In this document: one piece after another, positions 19,989 through 32,111 of the stretch
How the letters are laid out: every line of letters starts with the position of its first letter
Position numbering within the stretch: position 1 is the stretch's first letter
NCBI GenBank assembly: GCA_963784785.1
Contig: CAWASW010000007.1
Span: forward strand, 2,394 to 66,393
Reading direction: 5' to 3'
Length of the DNA: 64,000 nt
Origin: Candidatus Woesebacteria bacterium
Lineage (GTDB): Bacteria; Patescibacteriota; Microgenomatia; UBA8517
Position numbers and translations under genes: made by a program
Notes under the pieces: generated by a model
The model's database searches: none
What the model was told of the DNA's origin: nothing
Seen by the model: the letters and a program-made list of their open reading frames with translations, nothing else

Positions 19989-21698
19989 CTATTCCTGTGC
20001 CACACGTAGTACCTCTTCTATAGTAGTTTCCCCTTCTAAAACTTTCAAGTACCCATCTTGTTTTAATGTAATCATTCCTTCTTCTTTGGCCTTCTTTTCG
20101 ATGTCTGTTGCAGTTGATCTTTCAAGAATCATTCTGCCAATAGAATCAGTAACTGGTAAAACTTCAAATAAGCCAACTCTGCCATAATAACCTGAATTTC
20201 CACATTCTTGGCAACCCTTTCCTTTATATATCTTTCCATCATGATCCTTAGGCCAAAGCGGTCCCAAAACAGTTTTGATTTCCTCAATTATTTTAGGGTC
20301 TGGAATATAAGATTCTTTACAAGCATCATGAACTTTTCTGGCTACTCTCTGTGCCATAATAGCCGTCATAGATGATGTTAATAAGTATGGTTCTGCTCCC
20401 ATATCAAGCATACGAGGAAGTGAACCTGCCGCATTATTAGTATGTAATGTTGAAAAGACTAAATGTCCTGTAAGAGATGCTTGAATTGCAAGGTCTGCAG
20501 TTTCCTTATCACGAATTTCTCCCACAAGTATGATGTTTGGGTCTTGCCTCAAAAATGACTTAAGTCCTGAAGCAAAAGTTAATCCAACTGCAGTATTTAT
20601 TTGTACCTGATTAACTCCCACCATCTTATATTCAATAGGATCCTCCAAAGTAACAATATTTACTTTTGGTGTATTAATTTTTGAGATAATCGAATAAAGG
20701 GTAGTGGTTTTACCTGATCCGGTTGGACCACAGATTAATATAATTCCATGAGGACGGAGGATAGCATCTTGCAAATTTTTAAGTGCTTTTCCACGAAGTC
20801 CCAAGGTTGGAAGGTCGGGAACACCGCCAGTCTTTTTAAGAAGTCTCATAACAATCTTTTCACCCCACGCTGTTGGAAGTGAAGACACACGAAGGTCAGT
20901 GTCCTGATCATCTGCTTTAAAATTAAATCTACCATCTTGTGGAATTCTTTTTTCATCAATCTTCATCTCTGACAAAATCTTAATACGCGAGATTAAAGAT
21001 TCATGAAGCTCCCGAGGAATAGTCAATTTCTCAACTAGAATTCCATCGATTCTATATCGAACACGTGTTGCTCTTTCCTCTGGTTCTATGTGTATGTCGG
21101 ATGACCTTGACTTGACAGCAAATTCTAGAATATGGCTTACAATCTCTGATATTTTTTCTTCCCTGATAAATCCGATTTTATAGTTTTCTGTAGGTCTTGC
21201 ATTTTTCTCTGGAGCAACTTCTTTTAAAGCTTCTGTAACTTCTTGAGAAAGGGATGTTGCATATCTATTTATAATGACGTCCATAATCTTATCTTCTTCT
21301 GCAGCCATAGGCTTGACTCGAAGCCCTGTCTTTCTTTCCACGAATTCTATAGCAGTCAGGTTCATTGGATCTGCCATAGCTAAAGTAATAGTTTTACCAA
21401 TTTTATCTACTCCCACAGGGAAAACTTTAAATTTCGTAGATATTTCTTGAGGCAATACAGACATTGCTTCAGGAGATGAAGGAGATGTAGCAAGATCTAC
21501 ATAAGGTATGTTGTAAAGAGAAGCTTTTGCTTTTACTAAGTCCGCATTTGAAACAAGATTTTGTTTTTTGATTATCTCTTCCTGAGTAGTACCATATTGG
21601 ACTTCGGCCATCTTAATTTGGTCAGCTCTTTCTTGAGTAAGAGAACCTAAGGAGACTAAGATATCAGACAAATTAGTACCGGTGGCAGTAGGTGACAT
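19989..21698 (-). CDS. pilB: Pilus assembly ATPase PilB
   Basis: SDIHIEP, GPTGSGKTT, LRQDP, GCQEC; start approximate. Confidence 0.95.
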   Translation of the reverse strand: MSPTATGTNLSDILVSLGSLTQERADQIKMAEVQYGTTQEEIIKKQNLVSNADLVKAKASLYNIPYVDLATSPSSPEAMSVLPQEISTKFKVFPVGVDKIGKTITLAMADPMNLTAIEFVERKTGLRVKPMAAEEDKIMDVIINRYATSLSQEVTEALKEVAPEKNARPTENYKIGFIREEKISEIVSHILEFAVKSRSSDIHIEPEERATRVRYRIDGILVEKLTIPRELHESLISRIKILSEMKIDEKRIPQDGRFNFKADDQDTDLRVSSLPTAWGEKIVMRLLKKTGGVPDLPTLGLRGKALKNLQDAILRPHGIILICGPTGSGKTTTLYSIISKINTPKVNIVTLEDPIEYKMVGVNQVQINTAVGLTFASGLKSFLRQDPNIILVGEIRDKETADLAIQASLTGHLVFSTLHTNNAAGSLPRMLDMGAEPYLLTSSMTAIMAQRVARKVHDACKESYIPDPKIIEEIKTVLGPLWPKDHDGKIYKGKGCQECGNSGYYGRVGLFEVLPVTDSIGRMILERSTATDIEKKAKEEGMITLKQDGYLKVLEGETTIEEVLRVAQE

Positions 21699-21729
21699 AC
21701 AATAAATAATATCATAAGATAACAATTAA

Positions 21730-22275
21730 ATGCACGCATTTATAATGACAGGACAAAGTACAGAGTACGTGGTACACAGAGAGAACATAGATAAACAAAT
21801 ACCATTTGTGCTACAAAAAATTGATGATGTCAGAGAACTTAAAAAATTAGTTAAATTTAGCTTCTCAGAGAAGACTGCAATAATAATTCAAGATATAGAC
21901 AAAATAACGACAGAAGCTGCAAATGCTTTTTTAAAAAATCTAGAAGAACCCACAAAAAATATAATATATATACTTACGGCTAGTAATTTGAGTAATGTAT
22001 TGCCGACGATAATTTCAAGATGTGAAGTAATTAGGTTACAGAGGATAGGGGATAGGTTACAGGGAAAACATTTGAATTACAGAGATGCGCTTAACATTAA
22101 GGATCGGGAAGAGGCAATTAAATTTATTGAAGAATTGATATTTACAGACCATGAGAAAAATATTTTTAATAATATGGAAAATTATCTAAATACTATTAAA
22201 AATTTAAAAGCTAACGGTAATGTCTCTTTACAGTTAACCAATTTTGTTGTTAAAATGAGCAGCGCTACAATTTAA
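21730..22275 (+). CDS. holB: Reduced DNA polymerase III delta-prime-like protein
   Basis: AANAFLKNLEEP, LPTIISRC. Confidence 0.8.
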   Translation: MHAFIMTGQSTEYVVHRENIDKQIPFVLQKIDDVRELKKLVKFSFSEKTAIIIQDIDKITTEAANAFLKNLEEPTKNIIYILTASNLSNVLPTIISRCEVIRLQRIGDRLQGKHLNYRDALNIKDREEAIKFIEELIFTDHEKNIFNNMENYLNTIKNLKANGNVSLQLTNFVVKMSSATI

Positions 22276-22280
22276 ACTAA

Positions 22281-24206
<1,926 letters not shown>

Positions 24207-24278
24207 GGAACTATAAGTTAAAATCCAATCTGAGATTTTCATTTAGATTTTACTTTCTCAAGAAAGGAGAAAAATTCA

Positions 24279-24458
24279 ATGGATATATTTCGAATCAAGA
24301 TTGCCGCGGTTGTCAAACGAACTGGATTGCCAGTTTCATTAGAAGTCGACATTCAAGCTGATTCACAAGCAGACGCAATTCGCGCCGGCTTGGAACAAGC
24401 GAAATCGACCTGGTTGACGTCAGACGGCTTTCACAAACAATCGTCCGTAGCAATTTAG
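24279..24458 (+). CDS. 59-aa SD-led microprotein (MDIFRIKIAAVVKRTGLPVSLEVDIQADSQADAIRAG...)
   Basis: AAAGGAG SD upstream, higher GC, followed by terminator; read manually. Confidence 0.65.
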   Translation: MDIFRIKIAAVVKRTGLPVSLEVDIQADSQADAIRAGLEQAKSTWLTSDGFHKQSSVAI

Positions 24459-24465
24459 CACGAAG

Positions 24466-24517
24466 CTCTGATTTGGTTGAACCACAAGCACGTAGACCAA
24501 ATCAGAGTTATTTTTTT
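24466..24517 (+). terminator. Intrinsic terminator-like hairpin
   Basis: CTCTGATTTGGT/ACCAAATCAGAG, 18-nt loop, T-tract. Confidence 0.7.
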
Positions 24518-24520
24518 GTC

Positions 24521-25063
24521 TTAAAACATCACACCTCCGAGGTGTGATGTTGTTTTAAACCTTTTTTCTGTTTTATCTCTTCTATAAGAGGGGGGTGATG
24601 TGTGTTCAAAAGTACACCTTGTATCAACTTTGATATTTTTTTCGATTACTCCAAGTTTAACTAACTGATTTGTTGCAATATCTTTTAGAGAGAGATATTT
24701 TCCTGTTCCGGGAAAAAGTACAGTAAATTCTTCTCCAACTTCATAATGTTTCTGGCAAATATGTGGTCCAATCTTTATTTTTATATCCTTCAGATTACAT
24801 TCATATTCAGTAATTAATTTATTAATTGCATTCTTAATTATTTCTTTTTGTAACCCTCTCCAGCCAGCATGTACAAGAGCAACAACTTTTTTACTGTCGT
24901 CCCAAATAGAAATAGGTAAACAATCTGCAGTTCGGACAACCAATGTAACCTCAGGATCACCCGTAATTAATCCATCGCAGTTTAGAATCAGTTCTGGAGA
25001 ATTTCTATCAACGACAACCACATTATTACCATGTACTTGTTGCATATATATATTATTTTTCAT
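24521..25063 (-). CDS. pgeF: YfiH/PgeF-family (laccase-domain) protein, short
   Basis: QVHG, DGLIT, TADCLP, HAGWRG, GPHIC, SYRR. Confidence 0.88.
   Translation of the reverse strand: MKNNIYMQQVHGNNVVVVDRNSPELILNCDGLITGDPEVTLVVRTADCLPISIWDDSKKVVALVHAGWRGLQKEIIKNAINKLITEYECNLKDIKIKIGPHICQKHYEVGEEFTVLFPGTGKYLSLKDIATNQLVKLGVIEKNIKVDTRCTFEHTSPPSYRRDKTEKRFKTTSHLGGVMF
24525..24551. repeat. REP palindrome 1
   Basis: AACATCACACCT-CCG-AGGTGTGATGTT. Confidence 0.85.
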
Positions 25064-25069
25064 ATGTCT

Positions 25070-25100
25070 AAAAAATCACACCTACTAGGTGTGATTTTTT
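25070..25100. repeat. REP palindrome 2
   Basis: AAAAAATCACACCT-ACT-AGGTGTGATTTTTT. Confidence 0.85.
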
Positions 25101-25318
25101 TACTCCTTCTCCATAAGATGTTCCATTTGTTTTAAGGTCTTTTGATAATCCGCCCTGTCAAAAACGAAATTTTTGTAATCTTCTCGCGATTTAAAATAAG
25201 ACATTATCATTTCTTTGTCACATATTGGATCGTCTTCACCGCCAATGTATTCACGTAGTGAAGACCACTCATATTTTCTCAGAGAATCAATAGAATCAAC
25301 AACTGATGACGAATAAGG

Positions 25319-25835
25319 AATAAAAAACACATGGCATAAATGCCATGGTTTTACCCCTTCTGTGGCATACTTTCCACTTGATTTTTAATGTATTTTTTAA
25401 CCTGGATGAAACTTGTTGCACCCACTGATTCTGCAAAGTAGCCATCAGACCAGAATGAGTCACCCCAAAGAAATTCTTCTAACTCTGGAAATTCTTTCCT
25501 TAAGATTCTTGATGAACCACCTTTCAGTTGGTTAACAACTTTTGAGATGGACAAGTTTGGTTGGATTTGTATAAGCATATGTACATGATCATGCAATATT
25601 GTAATTTCTTCAATCCACCAGTTGTTAACCTCACATGCTTTGAAGAATAAGTCTTTAAGTCTTGTAGCTACTTTGCCACGTAATATCCTTTTTCTGTATT
25701 TTGGTAAAAATACCAAATGAATCATAATTCTGTGCTTTGTGTGTGCACCATGCCAGTACTTTAACATTTCCCTCAAGTATGCCACAAACTATACTTGCTC
25801 CACCAGCCTAAAGGCTGGGGATTAATGTGCAGAAG
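25319..25835 (-). mobile_element. IS200-type element, copy 1 (517 bp, tnpA only)
   Basis: Same sequence as 50520-51036; subterminal hairpins CCAGCCT/AGGCTGG and CATGGCAT/ATGCCATG; no target duplication. Confidence 0.93.
25351..25785 (-). CDS. tnpA: IS200/IS605 Y1 transposase
   Basis: HLVFLPKYRK, DHVHML (HUH), LKGGSSR, FWSDGYF, KYI. Confidence 0.96.
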   Translation of the reverse strand: MAYLREMLKYWHGAHTKHRIMIHLVFLPKYRKRILRGKVATRLKDLFFKACEVNNWWIEEITILHDHVHMLIQIQPNLSISKVVNQLKGGSSRILRKEFPELEEFLWGDSFWSDGYFAESVGATSFIQVKKYIKNQVESMPQKG

Positions 25836-26301
25836 ATTCAAATGCACGTATCGTGATAGATGTAACAATTGTTCTTCAGAATCAACTAATTTATTTTGAA
25901 ATTTATCCATAAACAAATTGCCAACTCTTTTGTTTTTGGTATTGTAATAACGAGTATAACTATTTTCGAAGTTGCTTATAAATTTTGATATCCCTCCGTC
26001 AGTTTCTTGACGCAAGATAAAATGAAAATGATTTGGCATTAAGCAATATGCCATTATTGAAACTAATTTATTACCCCAGCTACTTTCAACCAATTTTTCT
26101 ATCCTCTTAGTACTGTATCTTACAAAATAAGATAACCTGACAGGAGGAGAATCGAATCTGTAAAATTTTATGGCCTGATATGCACGCAACTTTTCATTAA
26201 AATCAGTAAATGTTGGTCTTTTGTCTAATCCTCGGTTATATATATGATAGATTTCACCAGTAACCAATGGCGTTTTTCTAATCATTGCCATAATTAATAT
26301 T

Positions 26302-26322
26302 ATCACACCCGCGAGGTGTGAT
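26302..26322. repeat. REP palindrome 3
   Basis: ATCACACC-CGCGA-GGTGTGAT upstream of RAYT. Confidence 0.8.
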
Positions 26323-26370
26323 GTTTTTTTAGTGCTTGAAAGTAAATAAAATAAAACTATAATTTACAAT

Positions 26371-26901
26371 ATGAATCTTGTTCATGACATATCTTTCGGA
26401 GAGGAAAATAAAACTTTAAACACCTTCATTGAGATTCCAAAAGGTTCAATGCACAAAATTGAGTACAATACTGAACTTGGAATATTTGTTTTAGATAGAG
26501 TTGAGCCAGAAATTTTTGCAAAGCCTGTCAATTATGGTTTTATTCCACGAACATGGGACGAAGATAATGATCCACTTGATACTTTAGTTATTACATCAGA
26601 ATCTCTTCCAACAGGCGTTATGGTTAAAGCAAAAGTAATTGGTGTTTTAAACTTTATTGATGGGGGAGAACCTGATCACAAAGTTGTTTGTATGCCAGAA
26701 GATGACAGGAATGACGGAAATACTATTAATGACATTTCAGACCTTCCAGAAGTATGGAAAAATAAATTAGTTCATCACTTTACTCATTACAAAGACCTTA
26801 AAAAACCAGGTAGTACTGAGGTTCTTGGTTGGGGAGATAGAGATGAAGCATGGAAGTTAATCATGGAATGCAACACAAGGTATACAGCTAAATTTAAATA
26901 A
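26371..26901 (+). CDS. ppa: Inorganic pyrophosphatase, family I
   Basis: IEIPKGS, NYGFIPRT, DNDPLD, FTHYKDL. Confidence 0.95.
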   Translation: MNLVHDISFGEENKTLNTFIEIPKGSMHKIEYNTELGIFVLDRVEPEIFAKPVNYGFIPRTWDEDNDPLDTLVITSESLPTGVMVKAKVIGVLNFIDGGEPDHKVVCMPEDDRNDGNTINDISDLPEVWKNKLVHHFTHYKDLKKPGSTEVLGWGDRDEAWKLIMECNTRYTAKFK

Positions 26902-27513
26902 TCAAAAAAGCGAATCTTGAACCTCGGCAGGCACTTCAATTACAGGATAACTAAAATCAACATCTATTGTTTTTATATCATTCCAATAATCCTTGAAAGT
27001 TAATGTTTTATTTTTAAGTCCATAATCCAAAACTTCTTTAGTGAGTCTTACATCTTCCTCACAATAAAATTTAAGTTTTCTCAAAGATTCTTCATCATGT
27101 TTTGCCCAGTAGGTAATTGCGTTCCTTGGGTCATCTGCCTTGTGATCTCCAAGTGTCCCGTTTGCTATTGCCCCAAGAGAAATCCTCTTTCCGTTTACGT
27201 TTCTAACAATTTCCAAAATATCCAAATGTGGAATTTTTGTAAGTCCTATTGGTAAGTAATTTCTTAATGCAGGAACATCAAAATGTTTCGAATTAAAACC
27301 TACAATTCTATCTGCTTTGCTAAAAATATCCCAAGCCTTAGCTAAATCTGGCTCAAAAAAAGATATCATTTCACCTTTAATTTCTTTGAAATTTTCATCA
27401 AGAGTTCTTACATACATAGACAGGATTGAAACGCCAAGATCAACAGGATCTGAGCCTTCTATTTCATCAAAAAACTTTTGTGTTTCTAAATCAAAAATTA
27501 TTTCTGTAAACAT
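26902..27513 (-). CDS. RNase H-like / DEDD exonuclease (YprB-like)
   Basis: FDLET, GFNSKHFD, YCEEDV; likely start MFTEIIFDLE at 27513. Confidence 0.8.
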   Translation of the reverse strand: MFTEIIFDLETQKFFDEIEGSDPVDLGVSILSMYVRTLDENFKEIKGEMISFFEPDLAKAWDIFSKADRIVGFNSKHFDVPALRNYLPIGLTKIPHLDILEIVRNVNGKRISLGAIANGTLGDHKADDPRNAITYWAKHDEESLRKLKFYCEEDVRLTKEVLDYGLKNKTLTFKDYWNDIKTIDVDFSYPVIEVPAEVQDSLF

Positions 27514-27556
27514 AAGAAGAAAACATAAGTAAAAAGAAGTATACTGTATGTCATAA

Positions 27557-28676
27557 ATGGACTCAATCGCATACCATAAAAAATACAAAGGTAAAATTGG
27601 AACAGAGTTAAAATCTCCTATAGACAACAAGGCAGATCTTTCACTTGCATATACACCAGGCGTCGCTACGGTTAGTTTGGAACTTGCCAAAAACAACAAT
27701 AAAGCACGAGAATTATCATTAAAATCAAACACTATTGCAGTTTTATCTGACGGATCTGCTGTCTTGGGGCTTGGAAATATCGGACCGTATGGCGCAATAC
27801 CTGTCATGGAGGGAAAGGCGGCCTTGTTCAAAAAGTTTGGCAATGTTGACGCTTTTCCAATTTGTGTTAACACTCAAAATAATGAGGAAATAATTGCACT
27901 TGCCAAAAATATTGCACCTGTATTCGGAGGTATAAACCTCGAGGATATCGAGGCTCCAAGATGCTTTGAAATTGAACGGCGTTTGATCAAGGAGCTTGAT
28001 ATTCCTGTAATGCACGACGATCAACACGGAACTGCAGTAGTAGTTTTGGCAGCTTTAATTAGTGCCATTAAAATTACGAAGAAAGACAAGTTCGCCAAAA
28101 TAGTAATTAATGGCGCCGGGGCTGCAGGTACTGCAATTTGTGATTTACTTTTAGAATATGGATTTAAGAATATCGTAATAGCAGATAGCAAAGGAGCAAT
28201 TTCAAAAAAAAAGAGGTGATTTAAACGAGGAGAAGAAAAGATTAATCAAAATCACCAACAAAACAAATGAAGTAGGGGATATCCATGAAATAATAAAGGG
28301 GAAAGATGTTTTTATTGGTGTAAGCAAAGGTAATTTAATTAACGAAACCGATATTAAAAACATGGCTAAAAACGCAATAGTTTTTGCTATGGCAAATCCA
28401 ACACCCGAAATTATGCCCGACATAGCTAAAATTGGTGGTGCAATGGTAGTAGCAACAGGCAGAAGCGATTTTAACAATCAAATAAATAATGTTTTGGCTT
28501 TCCCTGGTATTTTTAGAGGAGCACTTGATAACAAAGTAAAAAGAATTACTAATAAAATGCTAATTCAAGCTGCCATAAACTTATCAAAACTAGTTAAAAA
28601 GCCTACCGTTGAAAAAATAATCCCAAATCCATTTGATAATGGAGTTCTAAAAGCCGTATCTTCTGCTATCAAGTAA
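27557..28676 (+). pseudogene. NAD(P)-dependent malic enzyme, frameshifted at an A9 run
   Basis: YTPGV, VMEGK, INLEDI, HDDQHGTA, GAGAAG in one frame; FIGVS, AMANP, TGRSD, NNVLAFPG in another; A8 at 28204-28212 would join them. Confidence 0.85.
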
Positions 28677-29631
28677 AATAACTATATTTTAAAGAATCTT
28701 TTCTTTGCTTTCTTTCGATAGCTAATCTTATTAATTCATCTAGTATCTCCGAATATTTTATCCCTGAAGCCTCTAATAATTTTGGGTACATACTTGTGTT
28801 TGTGAATCCAGGCAAAGTATTTATTTCATTAACTATAATTTTATTTTCTTTAGTCAAAAACATATCAACCCTAGCCATTCCGTAACATCCAAGTACTTTA
28901 AAGGTTTTGATGGCGATATCTTGTATTTCTTTCTCCAATTTTGTATCTAGCTTACATGGTATTACCAAAGCCGCTCTTTCTTTCTCTACGTATTTAGCCT
29001 CATAATCATAAAATGAATGTTTACCCTGAGGAATAACTTCTCCAACAGCAGGTGTAATTGGATCATTTCCTCCTAAAACAGACACTTCAATTTCACGACC
29101 ATTTATACACTCCTCAATAATTACCTTTGTGTCAAATAGAAAAGCTTCTTTAATTACAGGTATCAAATTCTTTATTTTATCAACTTTGGTAATACCTACA
29201 GAAGATCCAGAGTTACAAGGCTTTACAAACACAGGTAATTTGATATTTTTCAGTATGTGGTTAGTATTTTTCAGATCAGTTAAAACTACAAAATCGGCAA
29301 TGTTAATACTGGCGTCTCTTAACAATCTTTTTTGGACATCTTTATCAAAGCCAATTGCAGATCCTAGAACATCCGCCCCTATATAGGCTTTATCTTCTGT
29401 CTCAAAATAGCCTTGAAGCTTGCCATCTTCACCTCCAGTTCCGTGAATTATCGGAAAATACGCATCAATTCTTGAATTCGGCGTATTAAATTTTCCATTT
29501 TTATCGACAAAAATATCTATAACTTTATATTTATTCTTATCTAAATTTTTTCTAATAGACGATGCTGATTTCACTGATACTTCGTGTTCGCAAGACTTGC
29601 CTCCGTAAACCAAACCAACGTTTATTTTCAT
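28669..29631 (-). CDS. ddl: D-alanine--D-alanine ligase
   Basis: GGKSCEHEVS, HGTGGEDG, GSSVG, YDYEAKY, NEINTLPG. Confidence 0.96.
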   Translation of the reverse strand: MKINVGLVYGGKSCEHEVSVKSASSIRKNLDKNKYKVIDIFVDKNGKFNTPNSRIDAYFPIIHGTGGEDGKLQGYFETEDKAYIGADVLGSAIGFDKDVQKRLLRDASINIADFVVLTDLKNTNHILKNIKLPVFVKPCNSGSSVGITKVDKIKNLIPVIKEAFLFDTKVIIEECINGREIEVSVLGGNDPITPAVGEVIPQGKHSFYDYEAKYVEKERAALVIPCKLDTKLEKEIQDIAIKTFKVLGCYGMARVDMFLTKENKIIVNEINTLPGFTNTSMYPKLLEASGIKYSEILDELIRLAIERKQRKDSLKYSYFT

Positions 29632-29738
29632 AAAGTGTATTACAACAAATTAAGACAAAACATACAAAAAATAGCCTCTGCAAACTTTATTTGATCGTAA
29701 GTCGTGCCTAAACGAAATTCGTCCAATACTATTAGACA

Positions 29739-29767
29739 TTGACTATGTTTTAGATACAAAGTATAAT
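29739..29767 (+). promoter_or_regulatory. Sigma70-type promoter, near-leaderless
   Basis: TTGACT-17-TATAAT, 9 nt before ATG 29777; imperfect palindrome GTCCAATACTATTAGAC just upstream. Confidence 0.65.
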
Positions 29768-29776
29768 ACAGTCACT

Positions 29777-30529
29777 ATGGACGACACCTTACAAAAGACA
29801 CTGTCACTACTTGGTTGCAACAATCTAGAAACAAGAATATTTATAACATCCTTCAAATTAGGACCGAACAAAATTCCAGAAATCGCAAGAAACTCACATA
29901 TCAAGAGATCAACTGCATATCTTTTAATTAATAATTTAATTGATAGAGGATTACTTATGGAAGATCACAAAGGATATGCAAATAACGTTTATACTATCGA
30001 TCCAGATCAATTATTGAAGAAGCTAAGCAACAGACAAAGAATTTTTAGAAGACAAGAGATTGAATTAGAAGAAAATATTCCTACTATGAGAACTCTTTAC
30101 CAAGCCTCTGAAATTCATCCAAAGGTAAGGATGTACCAAGGCAATCTTGGACTTCTTGCTGTATGGAAAGATATTTTATCAACCAAAGATGAAATATTAT
30201 TATGGACTAATCAACAAACTGAAAATAAATTTTTTGGAGATGAAAATCATAATAAATTTATATCTGAGAGATTAAATAAAAAGATAAAAATAAAAGTCTT
30301 AACTACAAATAACGAAGAAGGAGCAAAACTTCAAAAACTAGATAATGAAAACTTAAGACAAACAAAAATCTTGCCTAAGGATACAGAATTTTCTGCCGAA
30401 ACCTATATTTATGAAAATAAAGTAGCGACCCTTGACTACAATAAGGATATTATTGGTATAATTACAGAAAGTAAACCTATTGCAGAATTCCACAAGTCAA
30501 TTTTTAATCAAACTTGGAATTTGATTTAA
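29777..30529 (+). CDS. TrmB-family transcriptional regulator
   Basis: N-terminal wHTH (EIARNSHIKRSTAY..L...GL) plus effector domain. Confidence 0.8.
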   Translation: MDDTLQKTLSLLGCNNLETRIFITSFKLGPNKIPEIARNSHIKRSTAYLLINNLIDRGLLMEDHKGYANNVYTIDPDQLLKKLSNRQRIFRRQEIELEENIPTMRTLYQASEIHPKVRMYQGNLGLLAVWKDILSTKDEILLWTNQQTENKFFGDENHNKFISERLNKKIKIKVLTTNNEEGAKLQKLDNENLRQTKILPKDTEFSAETYIYENKVATLDYNKDIIGIITESKPIAEFHKSIFNQTWNLI

Positions 30530-30534
30530 AAAAA

Positions 30535-30957
30535 TTACTTTGCAAAGGCAATGACAATTGCCCCAATAGTCATTAAAATTGACCCTAAAATTACTTGAAG
30601 TGATATCTTTTCCCCTAAGATTATTCCAGCCAAGATTATAGTTAAAACCAAGCTCAACTTATCAATTGGAACAACTTTAGAGGCGCTTCCAACTTTTAGG
30701 GCATAAAAGTAAAATAGCCATGAAAACCCTGTTGCAATTCCAGATAGAACCAAGAAGAGCATGCTATTCTTGCTTATATTGTGAATCGAGTTTTGAGACC
30801 CCTGAAAAAAGACAATTCCCCAAGTAAAAATTAATATAACTGAGGTTCTAATTGCTGTTGCTAAATTACTATCAACATTTTTAATACCAATTTTAGCCAA
30901 AATTGAAGTTAATGCTGCGAAAACGGCCGAAAAGAATGCTGCGAAATACCATGTCAT
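30535..30957 (-). CDS. EamA/DMT family transporter (single domain)
   Basis: AKIG..VDSNLATAIR, PIDKLS, LGEK. Confidence 0.9.
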   Translation of the reverse strand: MTWYFAAFFSAVFAALTSILAKIGIKNVDSNLATAIRTSVILIFTWGIVFFQGSQNSIHNISKNSMLFLVLSGIATGFSWLFYFYALKVGSASKVVPIDKLSLVLTIILAGIILGEKISLQVILGSILMTIGAIVIAFAK

Positions 30958-30994
30958 GGTATTAATGTTATCATTTTTGTATTAATATGATTAT

Positions 30995-31384
30995 ATGGAG
31001 TTTTTAAAGACTTACGCCATATCACTTCTTGTTCTTTTTCCAATTGACGTAGTCTGGCTTACTCTAACCAAGAAAATATATGACAACTGGCTTTCACCTT
31101 TTCAAAGAACATTAAACATTCCAGCAGCAGCGCTTGTTTATTTGTTCATTCCTTTTGGTCTTGTATATTTAGTTATCTCGAAGCATGTAGGCGAATCTCC
31201 AAACCTAAAAATAATTTTGGAAGCCTTTGTTTATGGTGTTTGTTCATATAGTGTCTACGACCTAACAAATCTAGCGACACTTAAAAACTGGAGTATTCCA
31301 ATGGTTATTACAGATATCAACTGGGGCGGGGTACTTTGTAGTTTGGTTACATTCTTTACACTATATGCAATTAATAAATTTTAG
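30995..31384 (+). CDS. DUF2177-like membrane protein
   Basis: D..WL, YDLTNLATLKNW, D..WG. Confidence 0.8.
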   Translation: MEFLKTYAISLLVLFPIDVVWLTLTKKIYDNWLSPFQRTLNIPAAALVYLFIPFGLVYLVISKHVGESPNLKIILEAFVYGVCSYSVYDLTNLATLKNWSIPMVITDINWGGVLCSLVTFFTLYAINKF

Positions 31385-32111
31385 TTTATTAACTTTACTT
31401 GTTATTTTTGTCTTCATGAATTTATTCTTTTTTGTTTCCCTTTACTTAAAGAAAAAGGACATTGCAGACTTTGCATGGGGAATAGGATTTGTTGTAATTT
31501 CAATTTTCAACCTATTTGTTTCTAAGGATTTTCAACAAACAAAAATTATTTTGACTTTCCTAATCTTTTTATGGGGTGCAAGGCTGGCTACATATATTTT
31601 CATTAGAAACAGAGTTAAGAAGGAAGACTTCAGATACACAAATTTTAAAAATTCCTATCTTACAGTCTTTATTTTTCAAGGTCTTTTAATGTTTTTAGTT
31701 GCACTTCCTGTAACTTTATACAACAGATTTGATGGGGGAGTAGCCTTATTTAGTTTTATTGGTCTTCTTGTTTGGGTACTAGGCTTTTATTTTGAAACTG
31801 TAGGGGATATCCAAATGTACTTATTTAAAAAAGATATTAAAAATAAGGGTAGGGTCATGAATCAAGGGTTATGGCAATACACAAGGCACCCAAATTATTT
31901 TGGAGAAGTTACTATGTGGTGGGGAATTTGGATATTAACTATTGGATCAACATATTGGTATTTAGGTCTAATTGGACCTCTTACCATTACCTATTTAATT
32001 ACCAAAGTTTCAGGCATTCCACTTTTGGAGAAAAAGTATGAAGGTAACAAGGAATTTGAAAAGTATAAATCAAAAACATCCGTCTTCTTACCTTGGTTTT
32101 CTAGGGGGTAA
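31365..32111 (+). CDS. DUF1295 / steroid 5-alpha-reductase-like membrane protein
   Basis: D..WG, EDFRY, GLWQYTRHPNYFGE, SGIP. Confidence 0.85.
   Translation: MQLINFSLLTLLVIFVFMNLFFFVSLYLKKKDIADFAWGIGFVVISIFNLFVSKDFQQTKIILTFLIFLWGARLATYIFIRNRVKKEDFRYTNFKNSYLTVFIFQGLLMFLVALPVTLYNRFDGGVALFSFIGLLVWVLGFYFETVGDIQMYLFKKDIKNKGRVMNQGLWQYTRHPNYFGEVTMWWGIWILTIGSTYWYLGLIGPLTITYLITKVSGIPLLEKKYEGNKEFEKYKSKTSVFLPWFSRG

Larger units (their letters stand above)
25100..26291 (-). pseudogene. REP-associated tyrosine transposase (RAYT), interrupted by IS200
   Basis: YHIYNRG, YCLMPNHFH, YVHLN|PY..YEWSS; removing 25319-25835 restores HLNPY in frame. Confidence 0.9.

Noticed and set aside
25100-25330. Independent 76-aa gene
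   Set aside because: It is the RAYT C-terminus fused to an ATG in the IS end.
25319-25835. TnpB/IscB RNA-guided nuclease with the IS
   Set aside because: The 517-bp element is filled by tnpA.
27514-27873. N-terminal extension of ORF 26902-27873
   Set aside because: It is antisense to the malic enzyme; the nuclease motif starts right after the ATG at 27513.
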